From Octopus sinensis (Eukaryota), in contig NC_042998.1 of NCBI RefSeq assembly GCF_006345805.1, positions 23,560,001 to 23,624,000 of the forward strand: a stretch of 64,000 nt of DNA, written 5' to 3'. Below the pieces are notes generated by a model. It saw only the letters and a program-made list of their open reading frames with translations. It was not told the DNA's origin and did not search any database. The translations under genes were made by a program, and so were the position numbers. This document shows, piece after piece, positions 51,989 to 64,000 of this stretch (position 1 is the stretch's first letter; the number at the start of each line of letters is the position of its first letter).

Positions 51989-52310
51989 AGGGAAAGTTTA
52001 CGAAAAAAACAAAAGACGAAGACAGGTGGTGTACAAAACAAACAGATGTATTAGTATAGTGCTCAGGAATAGAAAAAGTCTTTTACGTTTCGAGCCTATG
52101 CTCTTCTACAGAAAGGTACACAGAAAAAACAAGGAGAGAAACATTTTTGTACCTCTCTCCATCTGTTTTTTCTCCTTCATCCTTTCTGTACAAGAACATA
52201 GGCTCCAAATGTCAAAACTTCTTTCTTTTTTCCTGAGTATCAGACTAATACACATTGCTTGTTGTTCTCTCACATGTTTCTGTCTTGCGTCTTTTGTATA
52301 AATTTGAACC
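51989..52310. mobile_element. Second Penelope-like inverted-repeat insert in a (TG)/(TA) microsatellite
   Basis: About 51995-52140 and 52155-52305 are diverged reverse complements; hammerhead-like motif at 52080-52115. Confidence 0.55.
52080..52115 (-). ncRNA. Minimal hammerhead-like motif with variant core
   Basis: cuuu-CUGUAGA-a-gagc(auag)gcuc-GAAA-cg-UA-aaag; all stems intact, with A6->U in the core. Confidence 0.45.
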
Positions 52311-54392
52311 ATGTGTGTGTGTGTGTGTGTGTGTGTGTATGAAAGAAAGAGAGAAAATTTTGTTCCCTATCGGGAGTGAAGGCTGAAAAGTAAATGGGAC
52401 CTCAGAAGGATTTAAATTCCCAGTACAGAAACCCAGAACGAGGAGCAAAGAGCAGATGCTCTCACCAATATTCTAATGACTGTCAATTCATTGTCGATTT
52501 CCTGGAATCAGAATGCTAACAACAACACTTGCTTTGTTCCTCACTCACAACAATTAATCTTCTTGAATTTTTTTAGGAGCCCTCTTATTTTATTTATATT
52601 CTCCTTCAGGCATTATAAACAGCATATAGTAACTTAATTGATTAAAGTTTTCAATTCTGTACTATATGGACCAAATTCAAGTCTTGTTGCCTTCATCATC
52701 TTTCATATTAGCATGCATTGAATGATTTGATAGGATCTAGTAGGCTGGAGGCCCATGTTGAGCTCCAGTGTCAGCTTTGGCATAGTTTCTGTGGCTGGAT
52801 GCTCTTCTTAATGCCAACCATTGTACAGTGTATGCTGGATGCTTTTAACATGCCACTGGCACTAGTGAGGTTGCCAAGTAACTTGCGAGACAAGACAGCT
52901 GTTCAAGAATTTGGACCTGGTGATCTCCATTTCCAGTGACTTCGAGGGCCACTTCCCAGTGGTGTTGGGTGTCAAAGAGCCCTCGACTACAACAAGACGA
53001 CCAAAGTTTTTTTTTTTCCAAGGTCTGGAGTCTCCCGCCCCTAAGCCCTAGACCATCACCTAATCACCCTTACCCGTCTTGTTGCTTAACAACAACAAGA
53101 CAAGAAAAGGACAGGAAGAAAGCAAAAAAAAAATAAGCTAAATCAGTAAATGATAGGGGCAGCATCTGAGAGGCAGTAGGAGGCTGTGGTCTTATACCAG
53201 GTTTTGAAAGGTTAACATTTAAGAAAAAAAAATTAATGGAATAGAAATGAATGGAATGGTACTAAAGCACAGTATTGAGGAGATAAAAACTGATTTAAAG
53301 TGATTAAGATATTTCTTGTTAGTTAAAGATTTGAGTTGTCTCACACATGGAATACATAAGCAGCCCAGTCTTTTCGTTGCCAATTCTGTAATCTCAGAAA
53401 AACATTTTTATGTTTTTTACATCAGTTAAGCATCAGCAGTGATTCTGACAGACCAGACTGACTTGAATTTTTCTATTTCCATGTTGCAATTTCTATTCTT
53501 ATTTTAGATGATCACTGACAAGGATAGAAGACAACTAATTTTGTTTAATTTTCTCTTTTTTGTTATATTTTTTCCAGTTTATGCCCAGTTTTTAGTTTTT
53601 ATGATTTTTTTTTCCTATTCTTGTCATCCCCAAATACGCTTTGCACTATTTCTGGTAATAACGGAATGAAAAGAGTCGTAAGCACACTTCATTTAACTAG
53701 TCATATGTACTTAGTTTTGGCAGTCCTTTGCACTGCTGTAAGACAAAGCAATGCCAGAGCTAAATTCATGCATGAATGTGAGCAGAATAAGAAGTGAGAA
53801 AAAAGGATATATACATGGATATATACATGGATGTTGCCAGTACTGCCAGACTGGCCCTCATGCCGGTGGTACATAAAAGCACCCACTACACACTTGGAGT
53901 GGTTGGCGTTAGGAAGGGCATCCAGCTGTAGAAACTCTGCCAGATCAGATTGGAGCCTGGTGTAGCCATCTGGTTTGCCAGTCCTCAGTCAAATCATCCA
54001 ACCCATGCTAGCATGGAAAGCAGACGTTAAACGATGATGATGATGAATGATGATACACACATGTATAAAGGTGCATGCCCTCTGCCGTGGGTTGGATATT
54101 TTATTACCTATTATGGCTAGTCAGTGTAAGGTCGTTAAAAAAACCCCAAAAGATTAAAAGAAAAATAATGACTGGAGCATTTAATTCTTTTATTTGTTTC
54201 AGTCATTTGACTGCAGCCATGCTGGAGCATCGCCTTCAGTCAAACAAATCGAACCTGGGACTTATTCTTTATAAGCCTTGAACTTATTCTATAGGTCTCT
54301 TTTGCTGAACTGGTAAGTCATGGGGATGTAAACACACCAACATCGGTTATCAAGCGATGGCGGAGGAGACAGACACAGACACAAATATATAT

Positions 54393-54432
<40 letters not shown>

Positions 54433-55080
54433 GTTTCTTTCCGTTTCCGTCTACCAAATCCACTCACAAGGCTTTGGTTGGCTCAAGGCTATAGTAGAAG
54501 ACACTTGCCCAACGTGCTCTGCAGTGGGACTGAACCCGGAAACATGTGGTTGGGAAGCAAGCTTCTTACCACACAGTCCTCCATGTATTTTTCAAAACTG
54601 TCGAACCTTCAAGTCTCAGAAGTTTTGCAGGTTTTTATGCTTCTAATTGTAGTGTTGACTTTTTGAATTTTTGAAAATTAGAGTAAAATGCTCGGCATTA
54701 GGAAGGGCACCCAGTCACAGAAACCATACCAAAACTAATAATAGACATAGGTGCAGCATGCTGGGTTGCCAGCTTCTGTCAAAAGGGTCGACCCATACCA
54801 GCATGAAAAACAGATGTTGAATGAGGATGATAATGAGAGTTGCAAATCTTGTTGAGAGGTTGATGTTCTGTTGTGTGTTGGGCTGGCAGTGCTAGTAATG
54901 ACAGAAAGGTGAGTATGCATTCTGGGATTGTCGGTACCCGAGTGAGTGTAAACTGTATTTTCAGCAATTATTTTTGTCTGTCTTCCAAATAATATTGACA
55001 CTACACAAACATGTAGTGGAATGTTTGTATGCATATTTGTCTGTTTAGATATATGTTGGTATGCGTCTTTCTCTCTCTTG

Positions 55081-55084
<4 letters not shown>

Positions 55085-55135
<51 letters not shown>

Positions 55136-55245
55136 ACACACACACACACACGCACGCACACACGCACACACACACACACGCACACACACACGCACACCCA
55201 CACATGCACACACACACACACACACTCACATATACATACATATAT
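55085..55245. repeat. (CA)n microsatellite
   Basis: Direct reading; similar tracts at about 950-1025, 15655-15825 and 61610-61780, and (GA)n at 20805-20870. Confidence 0.95.
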
Positions 55246-55254
55246 ATCATGCAT

Positions 55255-55652
55255 ACTCTTTTACTTGTTTCAGTCATTTGACTGCAGCCATGCTGGAGCA
55301 CCGCCTTTAGTCGAGCAAATCGACCCCAGGACTTATTCTTTGTAAGCCTAGTACTTAATCTATCGGTCTCTTTAGCCGGACCGCTAAGTTACGGGGATGT
55401 AAACACATCACCATCAGTTGTCAAGCAATGCTAGGGGGACAAACACAGACACACACAAACACACACACACATATATATACATATATACGACGGGCTTCTT
55501 TCAGTTTCCGTCTACCAAATCCACTCACAAGGCTTTGGTCAGCCTGAGACTATAGTAGAAGACACTTGCCCAAGGTGCCACGCGGTGGGACTGAACCCAG
55601 AACCATGTGGTTGGTAAGCAAGCTACTTACCACACAGCCACTCCTGCACCTA
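55255..55652 (-). mobile_element. SINE family A, full-length copy
   Basis: Reverse complement of the family A consensus. Confidence 0.85.
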
Positions 55653-56375
55653 TACACATATATACACATGCATATATATGCATATATATATATACAAACA
55701 CATACACACATACTCGTATATACATATATGTATATGTATGTGCATGTGTATCTGTGATTGTGTGTGTGTGTGCATCTATAACTCTTTGATTAGACCCCGT
55801 TTTTCTTTGAGTAGTGCTCAGCATGCACTTGCAATGAATATCATAGGACATATTAAATGCCTATCGTTACTTCCATACCACAGTTTTATCTTTATCCGAG
55901 TGATCTTCAGAGGACTTTCAAGAAGACAAGTTTGTCCTTGATTCTTGGTTTTCCAAAGCATGAAACCATAGTACAGAAGTTACCATATATATAATTATAG
56001 TGGAGGCACAATGGCCCAGTGGTTAGGGCAGCGGACTCATGGTTGTAGGATCATGGTTTCGATTCCCAGACCGGGCGTTGTGAGTGTTTATTAAGCAAAA
56101 ACACCTAAAGCTCCATGAGGCTCTGGCAGGGGATGGTGGTGAACCCTGCTGTACTCTTTCACCACAACTTTCTCTCCCTCTTTCTTCCTGTTTCTGGTGT
56201 ACCTGTATTTCGAAGGGCCAGACTTGTCACACTCTGTGTCATGCTGAATCTCCCCAAGAACTATGTTAAGGATACACGTGTCTGTGGAATGCTCAGCCAC
56301 TTGCACAGAGGCTGTTCTGTAGATCGGATTAACTGGAACCCTTGTTGTTGTAACCGACAATATGCCACAACAATA

Positions 56376-56681
56376 TCTTTATATATAAAATTCAAGTTGT
56401 GTGTGTGAGACTCTGTCTCCTCCGATTTAGATTCCTAACTACTCCCACATTTTGCGGTGCAGTTTAACCAAAAGCAGGTATCTTATAGTGGTCATTCATA
56501 TCGAGCCATTCTGGGTATTAGCACGCATCTACGATGAGTCTACGATTAAAAAAGAAATTTACCATCATTTTTCCGCATTTTTAATGATTTTTGCTCGGGT
56601 TATATAAGGGATTAATTCTCTAAAAATGCTTATATAGTTATTTTCCTTACAAACCCAAGCAACGCCGGGCGATACTGCTAG
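56376..56681 (+). mobile_element. Non-autonomous Helitron-like element
   Basis: a|TCtttatatataaaa ... cccaagcaacgccggg hairpin, cgatactg, CTAG|t. Confidence 0.8.
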
Positions 56682-56759
56682 TATAATTATAAAATTCTTC
56701 TTCTTTAGGTGACATGTCCAGAATATAGGACATTGGTGATCATGTCCTAACACAACTTT

Positions 56760-57480
56760 CTTTTCTTTTCCTGATATTTAGTGCCTCTCCTTCTGTCAAC
56801 CACTTCATCAAGCTTGACATCCACATTACCCTCCTTCTTCTGCTTCTTTTCCCTTCAATCTTTTGGTCACCACTAAATTCTCCAGGCCTTCTTTCCTCAG
56901 CACATGACCAAAAAATCTCAGTTGTTTGGCCCTTATCTCACAAAACAGTTTCTTATTTACCACACCTTGTGTTATTACTTCTTCATTCTTTTACTCTTTG
57001 ACTTGTTTCAGTCATTTGACTGTGGCCATGCTGGAGCACCGCCTTTAGTTGAGCAAATCGACCCCAGGACTTATTCTTTGTAAGCCTAGTACTTATTCTA
57101 TTGGTCTCTTTTGCTGAACCGCTAAGTTACAGGGACGTAAATACACCAGTATGGTTTGTCAAGCAATGTTGAGGAAACAAACACAGACACACAAACATAT
57201 ACACACATACATATATATATACATATATACGATGGTCTTCATTCAGTTTCCGTCTAAAAAATCCACTCACAAGGCTTTGATCGGCCCGAGGCTATAGTAG
57301 AAGACACTTGCCCAAGGTTCCACACAGTGGGACTGAACCTGGAACCATGTGGTTGGTAAGCAAGCTACTTACCACACAGCGACTCCTATGCCATTTTCTT
57401 CATGCTGTCCTCAATATTCTCCTTCAGAACCACATTTTGCAGCTCTCCAAAATTACACTTTGTGGTTCTATCCTTTGTTA
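56760..57480 (-). mobile_element. Decayed RTE (BovB-like) LINE fragment interrupted by a SINE
   Basis: Minus strand reads MWF*RRILR...EIRAKQLRFFGHVLRKEGLENLVVT...GKRSRRR. Confidence 0.65.
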
Positions 57481-57599
57481 TTTTGAATTTCACACAGGTG
57501 AATTGTACATGTGATTAGTCAGTGTCTTGTGAATGAAGGTTGTCGATGATGAGGGTTCTGCATAGTACGAGTATGACTGATTCTTAATGGTTGATAATG

Positions 57600-58030
57600 T
57601 TACAGACTGGGTGGAAAATAACTCATAGACTCTGAGTATCTATGAATTCATTTTGTTTCACCTGAGATATTCAGATGCCTGGGAGAAACGTCCTTTATTG
57701 ACGACAGGAAATATTTCAAACTTCCTCATGATATTTATTGCTCATTGCTTCAATAACTGGGAATTCTTAATGAGATAAAGACTGCACCGACACCCTGAAA
57801 TAAGGGGTAGCTCTACTAATAATCTTCCATATTGTTATAGGATGTTGGAATTCTTGATCCTTGAGTTTCCAGATAAATTGAAACAGGAAATGGGAGGTTT
57901 GTCTTCTCAGGAATGGTTAACAAACTATGGAATTGTCTATCAGGAAACTCCCTGCTTTTCATTTTTCCAGACATCAATTGTATTAATATTATTAAAAAGA
58001 ATGTGTTCCATCTAAGAATATCTGAAGAAG
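57600..58030 (+). mobile_element. Decayed CR1/Jockey-like LINE 3' fragment
   Basis: MVNKLWNCLSGNSLLFIFPDINCINIIKKNV resembles the LINE C-terminal LWNxLPxxxFPxxxNxxxFKxxV motif. Confidence 0.4.
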
Positions 58031-58717
58031 GAATTTTATTCCGAAATATCATATCAGACTATGAATGATTAAATTACAACATGTATATAGCCCAATGTTT
58101 GTATTATAGTGCATTGTACCATTCAAAACTTTTTATTTTTTACTATATATACAATTCTGTAATGTATATCAGTATATGTGTGTGTGTTGTGTGTGCGTGA
58201 ACATGTCACATATATATATATATGTGTGTGTTGTGTGTGTGCATGCACTATACATTAAATAAAAATCTGTTTTAAAGAGTAAGTAGAAACCAAAAGCAAG
58301 CCTTAGAAAATTTCAGTAAAGCATTGCTTGATCAGTTTTTACAAAGTACATAATAAAACTCATGTCTCAATTATCAAGGAAAGTATGAATGGGAGACAGA
58401 CTAAGCCATATTGACCTACTTGTCTATACTATGAAGCCTCTTCCCTAACACTCCATTTGATATCAAAGGAAACAGGGGCTTGTTGCTGAGATGCTTCAGC
58501 CAGCCCTGCTCAAAAGACTTTTGGCACACACTTAATCAGCAGGAGTGGCTGTGTGGTAAGTAGCTTGCTTACCAACCACATGGTTCCGGGTTCAGTCCCA
58601 CTGCGTGGCACCTTGGGCAAGTGTCTTCTACTATAACCTCGGGCTTACCAAAGCCTTGTGAGTGGATTTGGTAGACGGAAACTGAAAGAAGCCCGTCGTA
58701 TATATGTATATATATAT

Positions 58718-58910
58718 AGTTAATCCAAACAAGAAAGCACAAAAAAACACAACAATGTGAAGATGTGGAACAAATATAGTATTATTGGACGCTCAGGAAA
58801 GAAGGAGGGTTTAACGTTTCGAGCGGAGCTCTTCGTCGGAAACTTAGGAGAAGGAAAGATCCAGAGAAGGGAAGACAGAGGGAAAAAAATCGCCAATGGT
58901 ACACACGCGG
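58718..58910 (-). mobile_element. Penelope-like terminal fragment inserted in the (TA)n of a SINE
   Basis: Foreign block of about 190 bp splitting a family-A SINE; carries a hammerhead-like motif. Confidence 0.55.
58809..58843 (-). ncRNA. Minimal hammerhead-like motif with variant core
   Basis: guuu-CCGACGA-a-gagc(ucc)gcuc-GAAA-cg-UU-aaac; all stems intact, with U4->C in the core. Confidence 0.5.
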
Positions 58911-59979
58911 TGTATGTGTGTATATGTTTGTATGTCTGTGTTTGTCCCTCCAACATCGCTTGACAACCGATGGTGGTGTGTTTACGTCCCAGTAACTGAG
59001 TGGTTCAGCAAAAGGGACCAATAGAATAAGTGCTAGGCTTACATAAAATAAGTCCTGGGTTCAATTTGCTCGACTGAAGGCGGTGCTCCAACGTGGCCAT
59101 AGTCAAATAACTGAAACAAATAAAAGAATTAAAATCGACAGCTAAGAAATAACCATGATTCAAGTATACTGACCAAAATATACTTCATTCAGGTGTGTGT
59201 TACCATATTTCGTACTCTGTTGGCCAGTGTCTCGTAGGGTAATAGGACACTGCACTGTGAGGTAATATGGTGTGTGGTAACGATTCTATTGTTTGCTGGT
59301 TGTCAGTATTGGTGTCAGCTAATTACTGTAATCTTCGTATTCTCATGGCTACTCTTTAATACTGGAATAGATTAAATGATTCATTAGAATTACCTTGCTT
59401 TGGTTCCGTTTCCTTTCTTTCTTCCCCTTTTCTTTTTCTTAGTCATTCCCATTCTTAGAGTTTATTGACAAAGTAAATCTTGCTGAATGTTTGGGTGTTG
59501 AGTCAATTTAAAGATAATTTAAAATCTTCGTATAGTCATTAAACGAATTGTTTCTTCATCATCTTTTCTTGAAGCTTTAATAAATTTTGTCATTTGTTTA
59601 TTTGAAGAAGATTATACTTATTACATTACTTGTTAACCTTCCAATAATAGCACTGTCATTCATTTGTCATGACACAACAGATTAAGACATTTAAATTACA
59701 TACATGGGTATTGACTCATTACCTTATGTTGTGTGAGCACTGGACTGTGGCGTTAACACATCTACAAACCAGAGGTGATTTAGGTTCAATTCTAAACAAA
59801 GTCATTTTATTTCATTGACTCATTATACCAACAAGATTGCACCTAGGCTGAAAGTCTAAAGGAAACTTAATTGGTCTCACTAAGTTGATTTATCCTTGAC
59901 AAACCATGAAAATTCAAAAGGTTTTCTAGTGACCAAATGGTTTATTAATAATTAAATGATATTTTTTTTTTTATTTCAA

Positions 59980-60630
59980 GCTGGCAGAATCATTAGCATC
60001 AAAAGCAGAATCAAAAGGCGGCAAGCTGGCAGAATCATTTGCACGCTGGACGAAATGCTTTGTGGTATTTCGTCTGCCGCTACATCCTGAGGTCAACTTT
60101 GCCTTTCATCCTTTCGGGGTCGATTAAATAAGTACCTGTTTCTTTACTACCCACAAGGGGCTAAACACAGAGAGGACAGACAAACGGATAAAGTCGATTA
60201 TATTGACCCCAGTGTGTAACTGGTTCTTATTTAATCGACCCCGAAAGGATGAAAGGCAAAGTCGACCTTGGCGGAATTTGAACTCAGAATGTAACCGCAG
60301 ACGAAATACGGCTACGCATTTCGCCCGGCGTGCTAACGTTTCTGCCAGTTCGCCACCTTAAATAAGTACCAGTTACACACTGGGGTCGATATAATCGACT
60401 TAATCTCTTTGTCTGTCCTAGTTTGTCCCCTCTATGTTTAGCCCCTTGTGGGCAGTAAAGAAATAAGAATCATTAGCATGCTGGGCAAAATGCTTAGTGG
60501 CATTTCATCTGTGTTTATGTTCTGAGTTCAAATTTTGCTGAGGTAAACTTTGTTCTTTGTCTTTTGTGGGGTCAAATAAATAAGTACCAGTTAAGCACTG
60601 GAGTTGATTTAATTGACTTACACTCTCCCC
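59980..60630. mobile_element. Cluster of nested SINE family B copies
   Basis: A plus-strand copy is split by a minus-strand copy (about 60137-60357) with TSD ttaaataagtacc, all within an older copy. Confidence 0.8.
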
Positions 60631-61912
60631 TAAAACTGGGAAGCAAACTTCTTACCAGACAGCCATACCTGCACCTATGTTTATGATGTGAATACTGTTT
60701 GTTCCTACATTGGTCTTAAAATCTTTATTTCTTTATTGGCCACAAGGGGCTAAACATAGAGGGGACAAACAAGAACAGACAAATGGATTAAGTCGATTAC
60801 ATCGACCCCAGTGTGTAACTGGTACTTATTTAATCGACCCCGAAAGGATGAAAGGCAAAATCGACCTCGGCGGAATTTGAACTCAGAACATAAAGACAGA
60901 TGAAATACCTATTTCTTTACTACCCACAAGGGGCTAAGCACAGAGAGGACAAACAAGGACAGACAAATGGATTAAGTTGATTATATCGACCCCAGTGTGT
61001 AACTGGTACTTATTTAATCGACCCCGAAAGGATGAAAGGCAAAGTCGACTTCGGTGGAATTTGAACTCAGAATGTAGCGGCAGACAAAATACTGCTAATG
61101 GTTCTGCCAGCTCACCGCCTTGGTCTTAAAATTCTTGTCCGAGACTAGTTGCTGTTAATGTTGCCTCCTTTATGTTTTCCAGACATAATGTATCTAGAAA
61201 TACATTTTTCATGATAATAGTTGAGCATGAGATCTCTGAAAAATGTTGCTGTTGCTTCTAGCAGATCCTCCGACAAAACCCTGGCTCCTTCCTTGGTTAG
61301 TTTTTTAGTGAAGGTAGTGTACCATATATCCAGGTAACCCAAGCAACATTGATTAAACACCACCATACCTGAGTTATGTTGTGTTGTTTATATTATATTA
61401 TAGACTAAATTACGGTGATGTTGCTAGGATTGGTTTTAATTTGTAAGGAATTTCTTAGTGGTATTTCAGACCTAATTATCGCTATCTCTGTCATTCCTTT
61501 ACCTTATTCTAAGTCTAATGTATATTTAAAAAGGTTGCAGATGTGAGTTGTGTGCTACATATATGTATAAATATCCATATGTTTGTCTCTCTGTCTGCTT
61601 ATTTATCTAGACACACAAACACACACACACACACACATGTATACACATAAACACACACGCCCCCATGTATACACATAAACACACCACACACACGTATACA
61701 CATAAACACACACACACACATGTATACACATAAACACGCACACACACATGTATACACAAACACACACACACACACACAAAGCATGCACCTGCATACTCTT
61801 ATAGGAATCTACTATTCAGATGATATAGGATATAAAAAAAGATCAATGGCTTAGAGAATGGTTACTTAAATGATCATTAACTGTAAACAATACACACTCA
61901 TGCACACACACA

Positions 61913-61943
<31 letters not shown>

Positions 61944-61951
61944 TATATATA

Positions 61952-62168
61952 TGAAGGAGTGCTGAAAGGTTCCTGACTTTGGATTAAAGAAAATGCAGGA
62001 AGATCAGTTATTCGTGATTTTATGCAACATATTCCCCTCTCAGATTCATACGTATTGTAGCGGTTCTTCACTTTTTCTAAGCCCCTGTAAAAGATCTTGA
62101 AAGGTTGGGCCTTCAACCGGGCCTTTTGTGATACCCTTAAAACCAGGAACTTTTCAGCACCCCCCTCG
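61952..62168. mobile_element. Mariner-derived MITE
   Basis: ta|tgaaggagtgctgaaaggttcctg ... ccaggaacttttcagcacccccctcg|ta, within a (TA)n tract. Confidence 0.75.
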
Positions 62169-62768
62169 TACGTATATATATACATACATACATACATACA
62201 TACATGTGGAAGCGCAATGGTCCAGTGGTTAGGGCAGCGGACTCGCAGTTGTAGGATCGCGGTTTCGATTCCCAGACCGGGCGTTGTGAGTGTTTATTGA
62301 GTGAAAACACCTAAAAGCTCCACGAGGCTCCTGCAGGGGGTGGTGATCCCTGCTGTACTCTTTCACCACTCTTTCTCCCACTCTTTCTTCTGTTGGCCTG
62401 CTCGCTTAGCCAGCGGGGTGGCATCATTCGAAGGCTAAAACAATGCGAATGCATTGTGACCAGCGATGTGTAACAACGTCTGACGGTCTGACGGTACGCC
62501 ATAAAGTTAAACCCTTTATGGACAGGAAATCCAGCATAACCCCATTAGCCAGCTTTCACCAGGAAAAAAATATAGACTTCATGCTTTTTTCATGCCTCCA
62601 GTACAAGTGAGGTTACCGTGCAGTTCACAAGACTATGAGACATGAAGTGCATGTGCGTATGAGTGGGAGGGTTCAGCCTTATCTTTATACTGGCATATGA
62701 GGGTTAAGATATCAGACAAGGGGTGGTGGCAGAGAAGGTTTTTGTTATTGAAGCGCTACATAGTTACT

Positions 62769-63184
62769 CAAGGCTGGATTAAGACCCATAGAGGCTCTAA
62801 GCACTTAAAAGATTTTGGTGTCCCCCTATATTTGTAATTCAAAATATAAGCAATGATAAACCATAAAATAAATTTCTATTTTTCAAAATGAAACAAAATT
62901 CGCAGTAAGATGGAAAATAATCTTTATTTTTGTATGCTTCCATTTTATTTATATTTGTAAAGTTTTCTACTTTTTTTATTGCAAATTCTTTGATCAGATC
63001 CTTGTTATGCTTGCATAAACTCTTCAAAATTATATTTCTGATCGTATAAACCACTTCAGATATTATTTCAGCAAGTTTAAAGCGATTTTCTTGATGTCGT
63101 AAACCATTTGCTATTTCTGGGGTGCCCCCTCTGCTTTGACACTCTAAGCCTGTGTTTATTTTGCTTAATGGTCAATCCAGTACT
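62769..63184. mobile_element. hAT-like MITE
   Basis: caaggctggatt ... aatccagtactg termini; the right end is also present at about 6875-6960. Confidence 0.5.
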
Positions 63185-63235
63185 GTGGTTAGAGTCACAT
63201 TTAGAAGAGAGTAAAACTGAATCAGTACTCTCTCT

Positions 63236-63645
63236 TACTCTTTTACTCTTTTACTTGTTTCAGTCATTTGACTGCGGCTATGCTGGAGCATCGCCTTTAA
63301 TCGAGCAACTCGACCCCGGCACTTATTCTTTTCTAAGCCCAGTACTTATTCTATCGGTCTCTTTTGCCGAACCGCGAAGTGACGGGGACGTAAACACACC
63401 AGCATCGGTTGTCAAGCAATGCTAGGAGGACAAACACAGACACACAAGCACATACCCACACATATATATATATATAGACATATATACGACAGGCTTGTTT
63501 CAGTTTCCGTCTACCAAATCCACTCACAAGGCATTGGTCGGCCCGGGGCTATAGTAGAAGACACTTGCCCAAGATGCCACACAGTGGGACTGAACCCGGA
63601 ATCATGTGGTTGGTTAGCAAGCTACTTACCACACAGCAACTCCTG
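63236..63645 (-). mobile_element. SINE family A, full-length copy
   Basis: Reverse complement of the family A consensus. Confidence 0.85.
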
Positions 63646-64000
63646 TAGTAACAGCAAATAGATAAATAATGATGATGAGTTGGATGGTTTGACTGAAGAC
63701 TAGTAAGCCAGGGGCTGCACCAGGTTCCAATTTGATTTGGCAAGGCTTCTACAGCTGGATGCCCTTACTAAGGCCAAACACTCTGAGAGTGTAGTGGGTG
63801 TTTTTACATGCCACCGGCACAGGTGCCAATCACCTGACACCAGCATCAGCCATGACTATGATCTCACTTGGCTTGACAGGTCTTCATAAGCATGGTGTAT
63901 TGCCAAAGGTCTTGGTCACTGCCTCCATGAGGCCCAATGCTCAAATGGTGCTTTTTATGTGCCACTGGTACAGTGCCAGTCAAACGGCACTGGCATCAGA

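Noticed and set aside
54735-55345. His/Thr-rich and Cys/Val-rich ORFs (also at 0.9, 8.6, 15.6, 26.4 and 61.6 kb)
   Set aside because: Translations of (CA)n, (TG)n and (CATA)n microsatellites.
57841-58015. Possible next exon of the LRR gene (ttgttatAG|G ATG..., phase 2 compatible)
   Set aside because: The peptide has no LRR pattern, and another frame resembles a LINE C-terminus (LWNxL...FP), so it is more likely a LINE relic. RNA-seq would settle it.

Overview
AT-rich (roughly 35% GC by eye), repeat-saturated eukaryotic DNA. The SINE and microsatellite landscape looks like that of an Octopus (coleoid cephalopod) genome; this is an inference from repeat motifs, not a database hit. The only host gene I can support is a + strand leucine-rich-repeat protein (FBXL/AMN1-like). 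It is seen as three phase-compatible internal exons (24179-24445, 29067-29233, 49161-49363) separated by introns of about 4.6 kb and 19.9 kb; its start and end are not visible. The rest is intronic or intergenic: at least four SINE families in dozens of copies, mariner, maT and Tigger relics, piggyBac- and hAT-type MITEs, three Helitron-like elements, a Helentron-type HINE, CR1 and RTE LINE fragments, a decayed Ty3/Gypsy pol, a 32-bp minisatellite, an 878-bp tandem duplication and many microsatellites. Almost all ORF-track entries are spurious microsatellite or SINE translations. There is no CRISPR array, rRNA or intact tRNA. The best candidates for something unusual are: (i) three different short Penelope/retrozyme-like inserts that each carry a minimal hammerhead-ribozyme-like motif, two of them arranged as inverted repeats; (ii) a TTAA-MITE that occurs as dimers with a conserved linker; (iii) SINE-in-SINE antisense insertions at the same nucleotide with the same 13-bp TSD at two loci; (iv) a GATA-targeted LINE tail that shares its 3' end with the Nin-type SINE. 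All of this was read by eye and repeat coordinates are approximate.
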